A program made the position numbers and the translations under genes. From Gammaproteobacteria bacterium (lineage in GTDB: Bacteria > Pseudomonadota > Gammaproteobacteria > Steroidobacterales > Foliamicaceae), in the NCBI GenBank assembly GCA_009844425.1, contig VYBN01000018.1:5092-69091 (forward strand): a stretch of 64,000 nucleotides of DNA, read 5' to 3'. Below, in pieces: positions 1 through 10,983 of this stretch; the first letter of the stretch is position 1; each line of letters begins with the position of its first letter. Below the pieces are notes generated by a model that worked only from the letters and a program-made list of their open reading frames with translations, had not been told where the DNA came from and ran no database searches.

Positions 1-66
1 ATCAATCCAAGTCCCCAGGATTGCCGCGGCAATGATCGCCGCAGGCACGTACTTCTCAAAATTCAT
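1..66 (-). CDS. partial CDS: the N-terminal 22 codons of a small hydrophobic protein that continues past the left edge
   Basis: ATG (rc of 64-66) lies 7 nt downstream of AAGGAG (rc of 74-79). It reads MNFEKYVPAAIIAAAILGTWID. Confidence 0.3.
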   Translation of the reverse strand, partial: MNFEKYVPAAIIAAAILGTWID

Positions 67-115
67 GGCCTTACTCCTTGGGCAGAGCCCTTGGCTACGG
101 GGCGATTATATCGAA

Positions 116-910
116 TCAGAAGGGCTGCGGTTCGCCGTTGTAACGGATGAAGCTGCCCGAATCTTCAGGCGTCAGTCCTTCGATCACCTGGATCATCCCT
201 GCGATGCTCTCGGACGGCTCGATGAAACCCTTCAGCCCCATCCGATCGACCATCTCGGCAACCTTCTCGACTTTAACCGTGCCGGGCGACAGCAGCGCGA
301 CCGTAACGCCCTTGCGTTTCGAGTCGGCGGCGACCCCCACCATCATCATGTTGAGCGCGGCCTTGCTCGAGCGGTACCAGTAGATTCCGCCTTTTCCGCC
401 GGATTCGCCTTCAAAGGAGCCGGCCAGCGAACTGACGGCAACGATCTTCTTCTGGCCGCTGGCCTCCACATTGTCCATGAAAGCCTCGCTGACCTTGAGC
501 GCGCCCAGGGCGTTGGTGCGGAAGAAATGGACCGCCATGTCATAGTCCAGCGTCCCCAGCGTCTGGGGCCTCGGCTTGGTGAAATCGCCCGTTATGCCGG
601 CGTTGTTGATGAGCACGTCGATCGGCATGCCGTCCAGCTTCTCCGCCAGCGCGTCGATGCTCGCGTGGTCGGTCACGTCCAGCTTTTCCGCGCGCACTTG
701 GGGGCACTGCTCCTCGAGCGCCGCCAGGGTATCGGGCGTCGTGTCGCGGCGGTGGGTGGCGATCACGGTCCATCCCCGGTCCGCGTATTGCTTGGCGAAT
801 TCCAGCCCGATCCCTCGATTGGACCCGGTAACGAGCACGGTCTGCGCCTGCGCGGCGGACATCAGTACAAGGGCGACCAGAAAACCGGCGAAGTAGGAAG
901 CATTGCGCAT
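116..910 (-). CDS. short-chain dehydrogenase/reductase (SDR) with an N-terminal signal-like segment
   Basis: 264-aa ORF with the TGSNRGIG cofactor motif and overall SDR layout. The antisense 313-aa ORF is ignored. Confidence 0.85.
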   Translation of the reverse strand: MRNASYFAGFLVALVLMSAAQAQTVLVTGSNRGIGLEFAKQYADRGWTVIATHRRDTTPDTLAALEEQCPQVRAEKLDVTDHASIDALAEKLDGMPIDVLINNAGITGDFTKPRPQTLGTLDYDMAVHFFRTNALGALKVSEAFMDNVEASGQKKIVAVSSLAGSFEGESGGKGGIYWYRSSKAALNMMMVGVAADSKRKGVTVALLSPGTVKVEKVAEMVDRMGLKGFIEPSESIAGMIQVIEGLTPEDSGSFIRYNGEPQPF

Positions 911-969
911 GGACTATTCCCGCATAACATGACGATTCGCATTCTATCCCGGCGCCAAAAGATCGCAGC

Positions 970-3687
970 ATGAATCTCCTTCAGTTCTGGGGAAAAGCAC
1001 AGCCTTCAAACGCGGAAAGCGGTCCCCAATGGCATCCGCTGGCGTATCACAGTCTCGATGTGGCTGCGGTAGGAGGAGCACTCATGTCGGCCGCGTGTGG
1101 ATACGAAAGCTGCTTTGCTCGCTTACTCCAAATTTCGCGCCAAGAGGCACGATCGCTGGTTTGCTACCTTCTGGCCCTGCACGACATCGGCAAGTTTGCA
1201 AAAAAGTTCCAGGCCAAGGTTTCCGGTCTCTACCCCGACTGCTTCAACGGCCAACCAGCCAACGTGGTGACTGGCTACGACCACGGCGCAGGTGGGCTCC
1301 GGTTATTCAATGCTGATACCGCAGCCTTCAGGCTTCCAGAAAACACGTCCGCCTCAAACTGGCGGCCTCTGATTTCGGCAGTCGCCGGACACCATGGCGC
1401 ACCTCCCGATTTCGACCTCGGGGAGGAATTTGTCTTGGTACGGCGTGATTTTGGCGCTGAGGGCATACGCGCTGCTCGCGAATTCCTTCATAAATTGCAT
1501 GCGCTGCTCGTCCCGCCCGCCGAATTACCAATGCTGAACGCTCTCAGGGTCAAGCTTGCTTCACACATATTAGCGGGTCTGGCCGTACTCGCAGACTGGA
1601 TCGGGTCTAACGAAAAGTGGTTTCCGTATCAAGATCCGAAACATGAACTGGACTCCTATTGGCCGTTGGCAAAAGGAAGGGCCAGGCGCGCAGTCATGGA
1701 TGCGGGCGTGCTTCCCTCACCGGCAGCTACTGCTGTTGGATACTCCGAACTGATTGCCTACAACGCCACCCCAAGCCCCATGCAAGTATGGTCGCGGGAT
1801 GTCCGGCTCCCCGATGGCCCCGGCTTATTCATCATCGAGGACGAGACAGGCAGCGGAAAGACCGAGGCGGCCATCATGCTGGCGTACCGACTGATGGCCG
1901 CCGGTTCTGCAGATGGCTTGTATGTCGCATTGCCAACGATGGCGACCGCCAACGCCATGTTCGACCGACTCGCAGACGCTTACCGCCTTCTGTTTGCAAA
2001 GGACACCACACCATCCATCGCACTGGCTCACGGTGCGCGCGATATGCACGACCGCTTCCGAGCAGCAATGGCCTGGAGAAATAAAGGCGAGGACTCCTAT
2101 TCGGGAATGTCTACCGGCAATGCCTCAGATGTCACCGCATCGGCCGCTTGCGCCCAGTGGATTGCGGATGACCGCCGCCGTGCCTTTCTGGCCGATGCCG
2201 GCGCGGGCACTATTGATCAGGCGCTCCTGTCGGTCTTGCCCAGCCGGCATCAGTCTCTCCGACTGCTCGGCCTGACCCGGCGAGTGCTCATTCTTGACGA
2301 GGTGCATGCCTACGATGCCTATATGCATCGTGAGATGGAACGGTTGCTTGAGTTTCAGGCGGGGCTCGGCGGTTCTGCCATTTTGCTATCTGCGACCCTG
2401 CCGCAGTCCGCAAGAAGACGATTGACCGACGCATTCGCTAAAGGGCTGGGAGTTGATACCGATACCCATACCGCCATCGGTGAAACCATCCAGCCCTATC
2501 CACTGGCCACGATATGCACAGCGAGCGCAGTTTCTTGCACTGGCGTTTCGGGTCAGACGGGCAGAGCGCGTACGCTGCCAGTGCGGTTCATATCCTCATT
2601 TGAAAGTGCGCTGGAAGAAGTCGAAGTGGCTTCTCGCTCCGGAAAAGCTGTTCTCTATATCCGCAACACGGTGGATGATGCACTTGAGGCTTACGAGGCT
2701 TTGGCGGTCCGCAATCATGAAGTAACGCTGTTTCACGCCCGGTTCGCGCTAATCGATCGATTGAACCGGGAACGCCAGATCATTGATGCCTTCGGCAAGC
2801 ACAGTACAACTGACCAGCGCCGGGGTCGTGTACTTATTGCAACCCAAGTGGTCGAACAGTCGCTTGATCTCGACTTCGACGCGCTTGTCACCGACCTCGC
2901 GCCCATCGACTTGCTGATTCAGCGCGCTGGCAGACTGTGGCGGCACCATCGGCCCGGGCGTGAGGGACGGCCCGAATTGCTCGTAATGGGGCCTGAACCG
3001 GCAGATGCCCCCGATGAGGACTGGTTCCGCAGAGTCTTTCCGAGATCGCAATACGTTTATCGGGACCATGCCCGGCTCTGGCTGACGGCCCGCACGCTTA
3101 AGAAAACGAAGGCGATAGTCAGTCCAGAGGGACTGCGGCCGCTGATCGAAGCCGTTTACGGTGAAAGCGCCTCCGACTCTGTTCCCTCCGGTTTAACGGA
3201 TCGACTCTGGGAGGCAGAGGGCCGGGAGGGTGCAGACAGAAGCATCGCGAACACCAACCTTCTTAAAGTATCCAGCGGATACCTGCGCGACGCCGGCGCT
3301 TGGGATTCAGACATCCGCACGCCGACCCGTCTCGACGACGACCCTCATGTCACGCTACGGCTGGGACTGCTGACAAAAGGTCAAGTTCAGCCCTATGCCT
3401 TGAGCGCGGCGCCAGACCAGCTTTGGCGTGCCTGGAGGCTAAGCGAAATCAGTGTTCCCGAGCGAAAAATAAACAGGGAATTCATTTCAGATGATCTCAA
3501 GGCTGCGGTAAACGCAGCCAAGTCGAGTTGGACACGATTTGATGCGGAAAAGATACTGGTAGTGCTTGACGAGACTGACGCCAGCACGCATTCGCACTTT
3601 GGGTGGGCGGCATCCGGCAGGCAATCCAAAGAGAAAGTCAGGCTTGGCTATACTCCGCACGCCGGCTTGGGCTACGCACGTACATGA
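970..3687 (+). CDS. cas3: Cas3 HD nuclease/helicase (type I-E)
   Basis: HD motif region (LALHDIGKF), Walker A GSGKTEAA and a DEVH box (ILDEVHAYD). It is the first gene of the cas operon. Confidence 0.95.
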   Translation: MNLLQFWGKAQPSNAESGPQWHPLAYHSLDVAAVGGALMSAACGYESCFARLLQISRQEARSLVCYLLALHDIGKFAKKFQAKVSGLYPDCFNGQPANVVTGYDHGAGGLRLFNADTAAFRLPENTSASNWRPLISAVAGHHGAPPDFDLGEEFVLVRRDFGAEGIRAAREFLHKLHALLVPPAELPMLNALRVKLASHILAGLAVLADWIGSNEKWFPYQDPKHELDSYWPLAKGRARRAVMDAGVLPSPAATAVGYSELIAYNATPSPMQVWSRDVRLPDGPGLFIIEDETGSGKTEAAIMLAYRLMAAGSADGLYVALPTMATANAMFDRLADAYRLLFAKDTTPSIALAHGARDMHDRFRAAMAWRNKGEDSYSGMSTGNASDVTASAACAQWIADDRRRAFLADAGAGTIDQALLSVLPSRHQSLRLLGLTRRVLILDEVHAYDAYMHREMERLLEFQAGLGGSAILLSATLPQSARRRLTDAFAKGLGVDTDTHTAIGETIQPYPLATICTASAVSCTGVSGQTGRARTLPVRFISSFESALEEVEVASRSGKAVLYIRNTVDDALEAYEALAVRNHEVTLFHARFALIDRLNRERQIIDAFGKHSTTDQRRGRVLIATQVVEQSLDLDFDALVTDLAPIDLLIQRAGRLWRHHRPGREGRPELLVMGPEPADAPDEDWFRRVFPRSQYVYRDHARLWLTARTLKKTKAIVSPEGLRPLIEAVYGESASDSVPSGLTDRLWEAEGREGADRSIANTNLLKVSSGYLRDAGAWDSDIRTPTRLDDDPHVTLRLGLLTKGQVQPYALSAAPDQLWRAWRLSEISVPERKINREFISDDLKAAVNAAKSSWTRFDAEKILVVLDETDASTHSHFGWAASGRQSKEKVRLGYTPHAGLGYART

Positions 3688-5351
3688 CCTTCAATTTGAT
3701 CCGGGAACCGTGGCTGCCCGTTCGGCGGCGCAGCGGTATCGTTGATCATATTCCCCCGTGGCGCATTACTGACCGGATTGCCGAGGACCCAATCATAGGA
3801 TTCGCATGGCCACGCCCCGATTTCAATGGAGCGGCTCATGAGTTGTTGATCGGGCTGTTGTCAACTGCTTCGCCGCCTGAGGATGAAGATGCGTGGGCGG
3901 ATTGGTGGAACCACCCACCCACGCCGTATCTCCTGGAACAAAGATTCTCGACAATCTCCTCGGCATTTGATCTGGACGGAACCCGGGCTCGCTTCATGCA
4001 GGATTCCGATGCGCTTGAGACTGCTCCGCACAAGGAAATCGCCGTATTGCTGATTGATACACCTGGTGCCCAAACGCTTCAAAATAATGCTGACTTGTTC
4101 GTGAAGCGCGGGGCGGCTCCTGCTCTATCCCGAGCTACGGCCGCTATGGCACTCTTCACACTCAACACTTACGCACCGTCTGGAGGCGCCGGACATAGAA
4201 CGTCTTTGCGAGGTGGCGGGCCATTGACTTCGTTGATCATCGCCGAGCATGCAGAATACGGCGCTAACCTTTGGGGGCGAACCTGGCCCAATGTCGAAAG
4301 TCTGGAGCAGATTGCTGAGCGCGCAGTCAACGGAACAGGATCGGATGACCTACCTAGAACATTTCCCTGGATGTCACATACTCGCACTTCGGAAAAGGCC
4401 GGTGGCAAGGACACCACGCCTGCTGACGTTCATCCATTACAGGTGTACTGGGGGATGCCGCGACGCATACGCCTACACTTCGAGGAAGCCATAAATCAAC
4501 GTTGCGGACTGTCCGGTATGCAAGACACCGTCATGGTGAAGCACTTCAGGACCAAAAACTACGGGACAAACTATTCGGACGGCTTCCAGCACCCGCTGAC
4601 TCCCTACTATCGGCAGAATTCCAAGATTACGACCAAGTTGCCAGAGCACCCCAATCCCGGCGGCTTCAGCTACCGCATGTGGCCAAGAGTCGTTGTGTCC
4701 AGCAAGGATAGGCTCCGCGAACCTGCACAGGCTGTCCGACATTGGAGACATGACCGCCACGCCCGCATTCCGGATAGAGTTGCAGCACGGCTCGCTGCTT
4801 TCGGCTATGACATGGACAACATGAAAGCACGGGCATGGATGGAGGGCGAAATGCCCCTGTACGAGTTCGACGAGGAAACACGAACCTGGCTTGAGATATT
4901 CATCCGTCGCGCTACTGCGGGCGCCAACACTGTCGCAAGATTGCTGACCGGCGCCGTGAAGTCTGCGCTACACGCCCGCCCTGTGGATGCATCTGGCGAC
5001 TTTGGATTTATCTCTGAGCGTTTCTTTCGGGATACCGAGAAGGATTTCTACTCTGCGCTCGACATGACGAAGCGGCACGTACGCAATCATCCAGATTCAG
5101 AAGATCCTGCCATGACACCGCTCCAAGAGTGGGCAAAAGTGCTGGCGCGGGCGGCGGAACAACTCTTTGATGAATTGGCCGACCCCGGGAATATGGAAAA
5201 TCGGGATATGCTCCGACACGTCAGCGCAAGACACTACTTGACCCTCGCGCTCGGCGGGCGAGGAAAGACCGGTAAGTCTCTGTTTGAAACAGACTTGGAA
5301 ATTCCCTCTCCCGCCAAGCCCTCGTTCACGCACAAGAAAGAAGCAGGCTGA
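3684..5351 (+). CDS. casA: Cascade large subunit Cse1/CasA (Cas8e)
   Basis: The ATG overlaps the cas3 stop (ATGA). The N-terminus MTFNLIREPWLPV and the position after cas3 fit Cse1. The track ORF 3603.. is taken as an upstream extension. Confidence 0.88.
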   Translation: MTFNLIREPWLPVRRRSGIVDHIPPWRITDRIAEDPIIGFAWPRPDFNGAAHELLIGLLSTASPPEDEDAWADWWNHPPTPYLLEQRFSTISSAFDLDGTRARFMQDSDALETAPHKEIAVLLIDTPGAQTLQNNADLFVKRGAAPALSRATAAMALFTLNTYAPSGGAGHRTSLRGGGPLTSLIIAEHAEYGANLWGRTWPNVESLEQIAERAVNGTGSDDLPRTFPWMSHTRTSEKAGGKDTTPADVHPLQVYWGMPRRIRLHFEEAINQRCGLSGMQDTVMVKHFRTKNYGTNYSDGFQHPLTPYYRQNSKITTKLPEHPNPGGFSYRMWPRVVVSSKDRLREPAQAVRHWRHDRHARIPDRVAARLAAFGYDMDNMKARAWMEGEMPLYEFDEETRTWLEIFIRRATAGANTVARLLTGAVKSALHARPVDASGDFGFISERFFRDTEKDFYSALDMTKRHVRNHPDSEDPAMTPLQEWAKVLARAAEQLFDELADPGNMENRDMLRHVSARHYLTLALGGRGKTGKSLFETDLEIPSPAKPSFTHKKEAG

Positions 5352-5354
5352 ATA

Positions 5355-5897
5355 ATGGGAGGAAGCACACACGGTGGCGCAGAGATCGCCTATGAGTGGT
5401 GGCGACGCCTTTCCGGTCAGGATGCCGGAGTGAACGGCGGTCGCCGTGCCGCGCTTGCGCGCTTGCGCCGTGCAGGCACACCACTAGCGGTGATGCAGGA
5501 GCCGGAAGCCCTTCGGCTGGTTGAGAGATTGCCGCACAGTCGAAACCGCGCCGTAATCCTCGCGGGTGTTCTAGCACTGGTCCGTGAGTCGGAGAATCAA
5601 ACGGTAGCAAGCAGAATCGGCCGCAAATCCCTGGATAACGACACATCCGCTCTGGTTTCCGAAGGCCGCTTTCGCCGTCTGCTTCAGGCTCACGACGACG
5701 AACTGATGGAATCAATGCGGCGTATTGTGCGCATGACCAAAGGCAAGGTCAATGTTCTTGATTTGTCAAACGCGATTCTGTACTGGGGTGATCGCGTAAA
5801 GAAACGCTGGATATTCGATTACTACGGCGTGGCAAGCAGTCTCAATTCACAGGACGATACGCCTGAGTCATCCACTACTTCCGAGAACCAACAATAG
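5355..5897 (+). CDS. casB: Cascade small subunit Cse2/CasB (Cas11)
   Basis: 180-aa ORF between cse1 and cas7, in the expected position and size for I-E Cse2. Confidence 0.8.
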   Translation: MGGSTHGGAEIAYEWWRRLSGQDAGVNGGRRAALARLRRAGTPLAVMQEPEALRLVERLPHSRNRAVILAGVLALVRESENQTVASRIGRKSLDNDTSALVSEGRFRRLLQAHDDELMESMRRIVRMTKGKVNVLDLSNAILYWGDRVKKRWIFDYYGVASSLNSQDDTPESSTTSENQQ

Positions 5898-5907
5898 GAC
5901 AAACCGA

Positions 5908-6960
5908 ATGAGCGACTTCCTTCAAGTTCACTTGCTTACCGCATATGGTCCATCCAATCTCAACCGAGACGACACTGGCCGTCCCAAGAGTGTTGTATTT
6001 GGAGGAGCGCCGCGCCTGCGCATTTCGTCGCAAAGCCTGAAGCGAGCATGGCGCACCTCCGATGTGTTTGCCGCTAGGTTGCAAAGTCATCTCGCCAGCC
6101 GCACACAACGGCTTGGAAAAGATATTTTTGCGCATCTCATCGAAGGAGGCATGGAAGAGGCCCAAGCATTGAAGGCCGCTCGCCAGATCGCGGGACTGTT
6201 CGGCAAGCTCAAGAGCGAAAAAGACAGCGAGTCAACATTTATTGAACAGCTTGCGTTTGTTTCGCCCGAGGAGCGGCAAAAGGCGCTTGCGTTAGCGAAT
6301 CGCTTTATCGCTGGAGAAACGCTTCCCGAACCGCGCCCGGAGGATTTGCTCCAACGCACCGATACGGCAGCGGATATCGCCATGTTCGGACGCATGCTTG
6401 CCGATACCCCGAAGTTCAACCGCGAGGCCGCCGTTCAGGTCGCGCATGCAATCACCACGCATCGCGCTATCGCGGAGGACGACTATTACACGGCAATTGA
6501 TGATCTGAAGTCTCGGGAGGAGCCGGAAGACGCGGGCGCGGGATTTATCGGCGTTCAGGAATTCGGATCAGGTGTCTTTTACCTTTATGTTTGTGTTGAT
6601 CGCGATTTGCTCTCCCGCAATCTGGCTGGCGACGACGCCATTCGAAACGCCAGTCTTTCCGCTCTTATCGAGGCCGCCGCGACTATTTCCCCGGGCGGCA
6701 AACAGAACAGCTTCGCCAGCCGGGCGCGCGCATTCTACGTGCTGGCGGAAAAAGGAACGGCGCAGCCGCGCAGTCTGGCGGCGGCGTTTCTAAAGCCGGT
6801 TCGCGGAAGCGATTACGGCGAAGACTCCATAGCTGCTCTGGAAGCTTACAGGGATCGACTGGACACGGCCTACGGTAAATGTGCCGATGGTCGCTATACG
6901 ATGCACATTGAGCGCGGGGAAGGGAACTTGCCGGGTCTGCTTGAATTCGCGGTCAGTTGA
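5908..6960 (+). CDS. cas7: Cas7e/CasC Cascade backbone subunit
   Basis: The N-terminus MSDFLQVHLLTAYGPSNLNRDDTGRPK is typical of CasC. 350 aa. Confidence 0.93.
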   Translation: MSDFLQVHLLTAYGPSNLNRDDTGRPKSVVFGGAPRLRISSQSLKRAWRTSDVFAARLQSHLASRTQRLGKDIFAHLIEGGMEEAQALKAARQIAGLFGKLKSEKDSESTFIEQLAFVSPEERQKALALANRFIAGETLPEPRPEDLLQRTDTAADIAMFGRMLADTPKFNREAAVQVAHAITTHRAIAEDDYYTAIDDLKSREEPEDAGAGFIGVQEFGSGVFYLYVCVDRDLLSRNLAGDDAIRNASLSALIEAAATISPGGKQNSFASRARAFYVLAEKGTAQPRSLAAAFLKPVRGSDYGEDSIAALEAYRDRLDTAYGKCADGRYTMHIERGEGNLPGLLEFAVS

Positions 6961-7694
6961 TGCGATTTCTCTGCTTCACCTTGTATGCGCCAATGTGCTC
7001 TTTCGGCGAAATCGCAGTTGGCGAACGAAGAATGAGCTGGGCCATGCCCGGACGCTCCGCCGTCCTTGGATTAGTCGCGGCCGCGCAAGGCATTGAGCGC
7101 AACGATGAGGCCGCGCACGCGCAACTTGAAGCCGGTCTCTACTTCGCCGTTCGCGCCGACCGTACCGGCAGACCGTTTGTTGACTACCACACAGCGCAAA
7201 CGCCCAAAGCAAGGCGCGGCGTGGAATATGCGACCCGCCGCGATGAACTGAGCTCCGACAACCTCAATACCGTGCTTTCAACGCGGGAATGGCGGACGGA
7301 TGCCTGCTTCACAGCAATCTTGTGGCGGCGAGACGGGCAATCAATCGACCTGGATTGCATCGCTTCCGCCCTGAAGCAACCTCGCTTTGTTCTCTATCTC
7401 GGTCGCAAATCTGCGCCCTTGGGCCTGCCGCTCAACCCACAGTTGATCGAAGCCGACACATTCGTGGATGCTTTCGCCAGACGCATCGCCACCGATGAAG
7501 AACAGTGGATATGGAGCCAGACGACTTCCGGTGGGGTGGCCAGCGGCATGATTGCCTGCGACGGCGATGCGTCTGGGGCACCCGCGGAAGGACAGATTCA
7601 AACTAGGCGCGATTCCATTCTCAACCGGTCGCGCTGGCAATTTAGCGACCGCATTGAGCGGATTATTCTTCCGTCTCAGGAAGGGAATCCTTAG
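6960..7694 (+). CDS. cas5: Cas5e/CasD
   Basis: The ATG overlaps the cas7 stop (TGATG). MRFLCFTLYAPMCSFGE is a Cas5e-type N-terminus. Confidence 0.9.
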   Translation: MRFLCFTLYAPMCSFGEIAVGERRMSWAMPGRSAVLGLVAAAQGIERNDEAAHAQLEAGLYFAVRADRTGRPFVDYHTAQTPKARRGVEYATRRDELSSDNLNTVLSTREWRTDACFTAILWRRDGQSIDLDCIASALKQPRFVLYLGRKSAPLGLPLNPQLIEADTFVDAFARRIATDEEQWIWSQTTSGGVASGMIACDGDASGAPAEGQIQTRRDSILNRSRWQFSDRIERIILPSQEGNP

Positions 7695-7704
7695 GGGTAT
7701 ACGG

Positions 7705-8400
7705 ATGCCCTATCTTTCCCGGGTCTGCCTAAGACAGGATGCGTCTGTAAGCGCCCTTGCGCCACTCCTGTTGGGCCAGGCTCATAACGAGAGCAAGACC
7801 AGACATCCCGCCCATCATCTCATATGGTCACTCTTTGCTGACCATGCTGATCGAAGCCGCGATTTCTTGTGGCGCGAAATGCGTACCGGCGTGTTCCTTG
7901 TCCTTTCCGATAGACATCCCGTTGATCGCCACGGATTATTCGACATTGACAAGCCCAAGCTGTTCAATCCGAATCTCGAATCTGGCGATCGCTTGAAATT
8001 TTCTCTGCGTGCAAACCCGGTTGTTCGCCGCAGACATGAAAAGAGGCGGCGCTCCACCAAACACGATGTGGTAATGGATGCGCTACGATCGTTACCGGCG
8101 TCCAAAAGACCCCTTCGCCGCCTCGAAGTCATGCGTAGCGCGGGTATTGAGTGGCTGGTTCAAATGGGGAATAAAGCAGGATTCAATTTGTCCGAGAGTG
8201 ATGTTTGGGTCGATGGATACACCCAGCATAGCGTGGCTCGCAAGGGCACTGCTCCGACAATGAAATATTCCACGCTCGACTTCGAAGGTACGCTAACCGT
8301 CCAGGAACCTCCTGTTCTGGTATCCCGGATTGCCCAAGGTTTCGGTTCGGCCAAGGCTTACGGCTGTGGCCTCTTGTTGATCCGCCGTTCAGCTCGGTAG
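7705..8400 (+). CDS. cas6e: Cas6e/CasE pre-crRNA endoribonuclease
   Basis: Internal ATG at 7705 (MPYLSRVCLRQD...). The C-terminus GFGSAKAYGCGLLLI is the glycine-rich CasE motif. The track ORF start 7552 overlaps cas5. Confidence 0.9.
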   Translation: MPYLSRVCLRQDASVSALAPLLLGQAHNESKTRHPAHHLIWSLFADHADRSRDFLWREMRTGVFLVLSDRHPVDRHGLFDIDKPKLFNPNLESGDRLKFSLRANPVVRRRHEKRRRSTKHDVVMDALRSLPASKRPLRRLEVMRSAGIEWLVQMGNKAGFNLSESDVWVDGYTQHSVARKGTAPTMKYSTLDFEGTLTVQEPPVLVSRIAQGFGSAKAYGCGLLLIRRSAR

Positions 8401-8424
8401 CAAACTTGGCGCGCATGATCGGAA

Positions 8425-9609
8425 ATGGACTGGTCAGCGGTAACTGAACGAATCGAACGCGGCGAAGGCCCGCGAACGGAATTCAAGCGGGGTGCTGGTG
8501 ATCTCTCCGCAGTAGGAAAAGCTATTTGCGCTTTCGCCAACACAGTTGGTGGCTTGCTTGTGCTTGGCATTGCCGATTCGCGCGAAGTGGTTGGCGTACG
8601 GGAGAATCCGGACACGCTCCATGAGCGTTTGGCTTCATTTCTCCAGACCGGCTGCAGCGCACCGGTGCATGCTCAAATCGGACGGCGCGAATTGCCGGAA
8701 GGCTGGGTTTTCTGGATCGAAGTTCCGCGCCAACGGGGATTCGAACCGATGCGGCACAGCGGCCGCGTTTGGGTGCGTCGAGACCGGACCAGCGTGGAAC
8801 CATCCGCAAGCGAACTACAGGAACTCTATAACGCCTTTGGTTATGTGCTCACAGAGGAGCGCGCGATACTGGACGCGACACCGTCGCATATTGACCTTGA
8901 AGCGTTCCGTGCCTACTTGAAGCGGATGCATATTGACACCGCAAACGATCCCCAGCCTGACGCCGAGGATGACCTGCGAAATCGGGCGGTCGTCATAGAG
9001 ATCGACGGCAAGCTCTGCGCGACGCTATACGGTGTCATGGCTTTCGGCCGAGACCCTCAGCGTTACCGGCGAACAAGCAACTTCCGGATCGAGTGCGCGG
9101 CGTACGCTGGATCCGACCGCGCCAGCGAAACTCTCCAGGTAGCGAGCGCGTCGGGTCGCATCAACGAGCAAGTTGAGCGAGCCGTCGGATGGTTCATGGG
9201 GCTTGGACATTTTGAATCGTATGAGAACCTGATCCGCGAGGATCGTCATCTTTTGCCACGCCGAGCCATTCGCGAAGCACTCGCCAATGCGGTCACGCAT
9301 CGCGATTACGCAATAACCGGATCCAAGATTCTTCTGGAGGTGTTCGACGATCGCGTGGACGTGACCAGTCCGGGCGCCCTGCCCAATCACATGACGGTGG
9401 AACGGGTGCGGGCCGGCGCAAATCCGCGTTCCAGAAACGAGTACATGGCTCACTTCATGGCCGCGATGGGGTTCGTCGAGCAACGCGGCAGGGGCTGGCT
9501 GATAATGCGCAGCGAGATGCGAGATTTCAATGGAACGGAACCTGACTTGGTCGAAGATAAGTCCGAGACGTTTGTACGCGTCACATTTCACCTTGGCAGT
9601 CGCTGGTAA
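8425..9609 (+). CDS. AlbA_2 (Schlafen-like divergent AAA) plus HATPase_c_4 domain protein, inserted inside the cas operon
   Basis: The N-terminus EGPRTEFKRG...AICAFANTVGGLLVLGI is the AlbA_2 signature. The C-terminal half REALANAVTHRDY...TSPG is HATPase_c_4-like. It is on the same strand as the cas genes, 24 bp after cas6e and 32 bp before cas1. Confidence 0.75.
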   Translation: MDWSAVTERIERGEGPRTEFKRGAGDLSAVGKAICAFANTVGGLLVLGIADSREVVGVRENPDTLHERLASFLQTGCSAPVHAQIGRRELPEGWVFWIEVPRQRGFEPMRHSGRVWVRRDRTSVEPSASELQELYNAFGYVLTEERAILDATPSHIDLEAFRAYLKRMHIDTANDPQPDAEDDLRNRAVVIEIDGKLCATLYGVMAFGRDPQRYRRTSNFRIECAAYAGSDRASETLQVASASGRINEQVERAVGWFMGLGHFESYENLIREDRHLLPRRAIREALANAVTHRDYAITGSKILLEVFDDRVDVTSPGALPNHMTVERVRAGANPRSRNEYMAHFMAAMGFVEQRGRGWLIMRSEMRDFNGTEPDLVEDKSETFVRVTFHLGSRW

Positions 9610-9641
9610 TCTTTCCACCGGGCAAACGATTCACAAGTCCT

Positions 9642-10857
<1,216 letters not shown>

Positions 10858-10983
10858 ACGGCGCAATTGCTTGAGAATGATCGAACACGTGAACTTCAAA
10901 CAAACATCGAAAACAGTCTGCTTGAATCTGGTAAGTTCTTTCACAAGAAAAATTTTCCTTTGAATCAGCATGTTCCAAGAAGG
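10858..10983 (+). promoter_or_regulatory. CRISPR leader
   Basis: A 126-bp, visibly AT-richer segment between the cas2 stop and the first repeat. The repeat orientation matches the transcribed orientation of E. coli I-E repeats. Confidence 0.6.
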
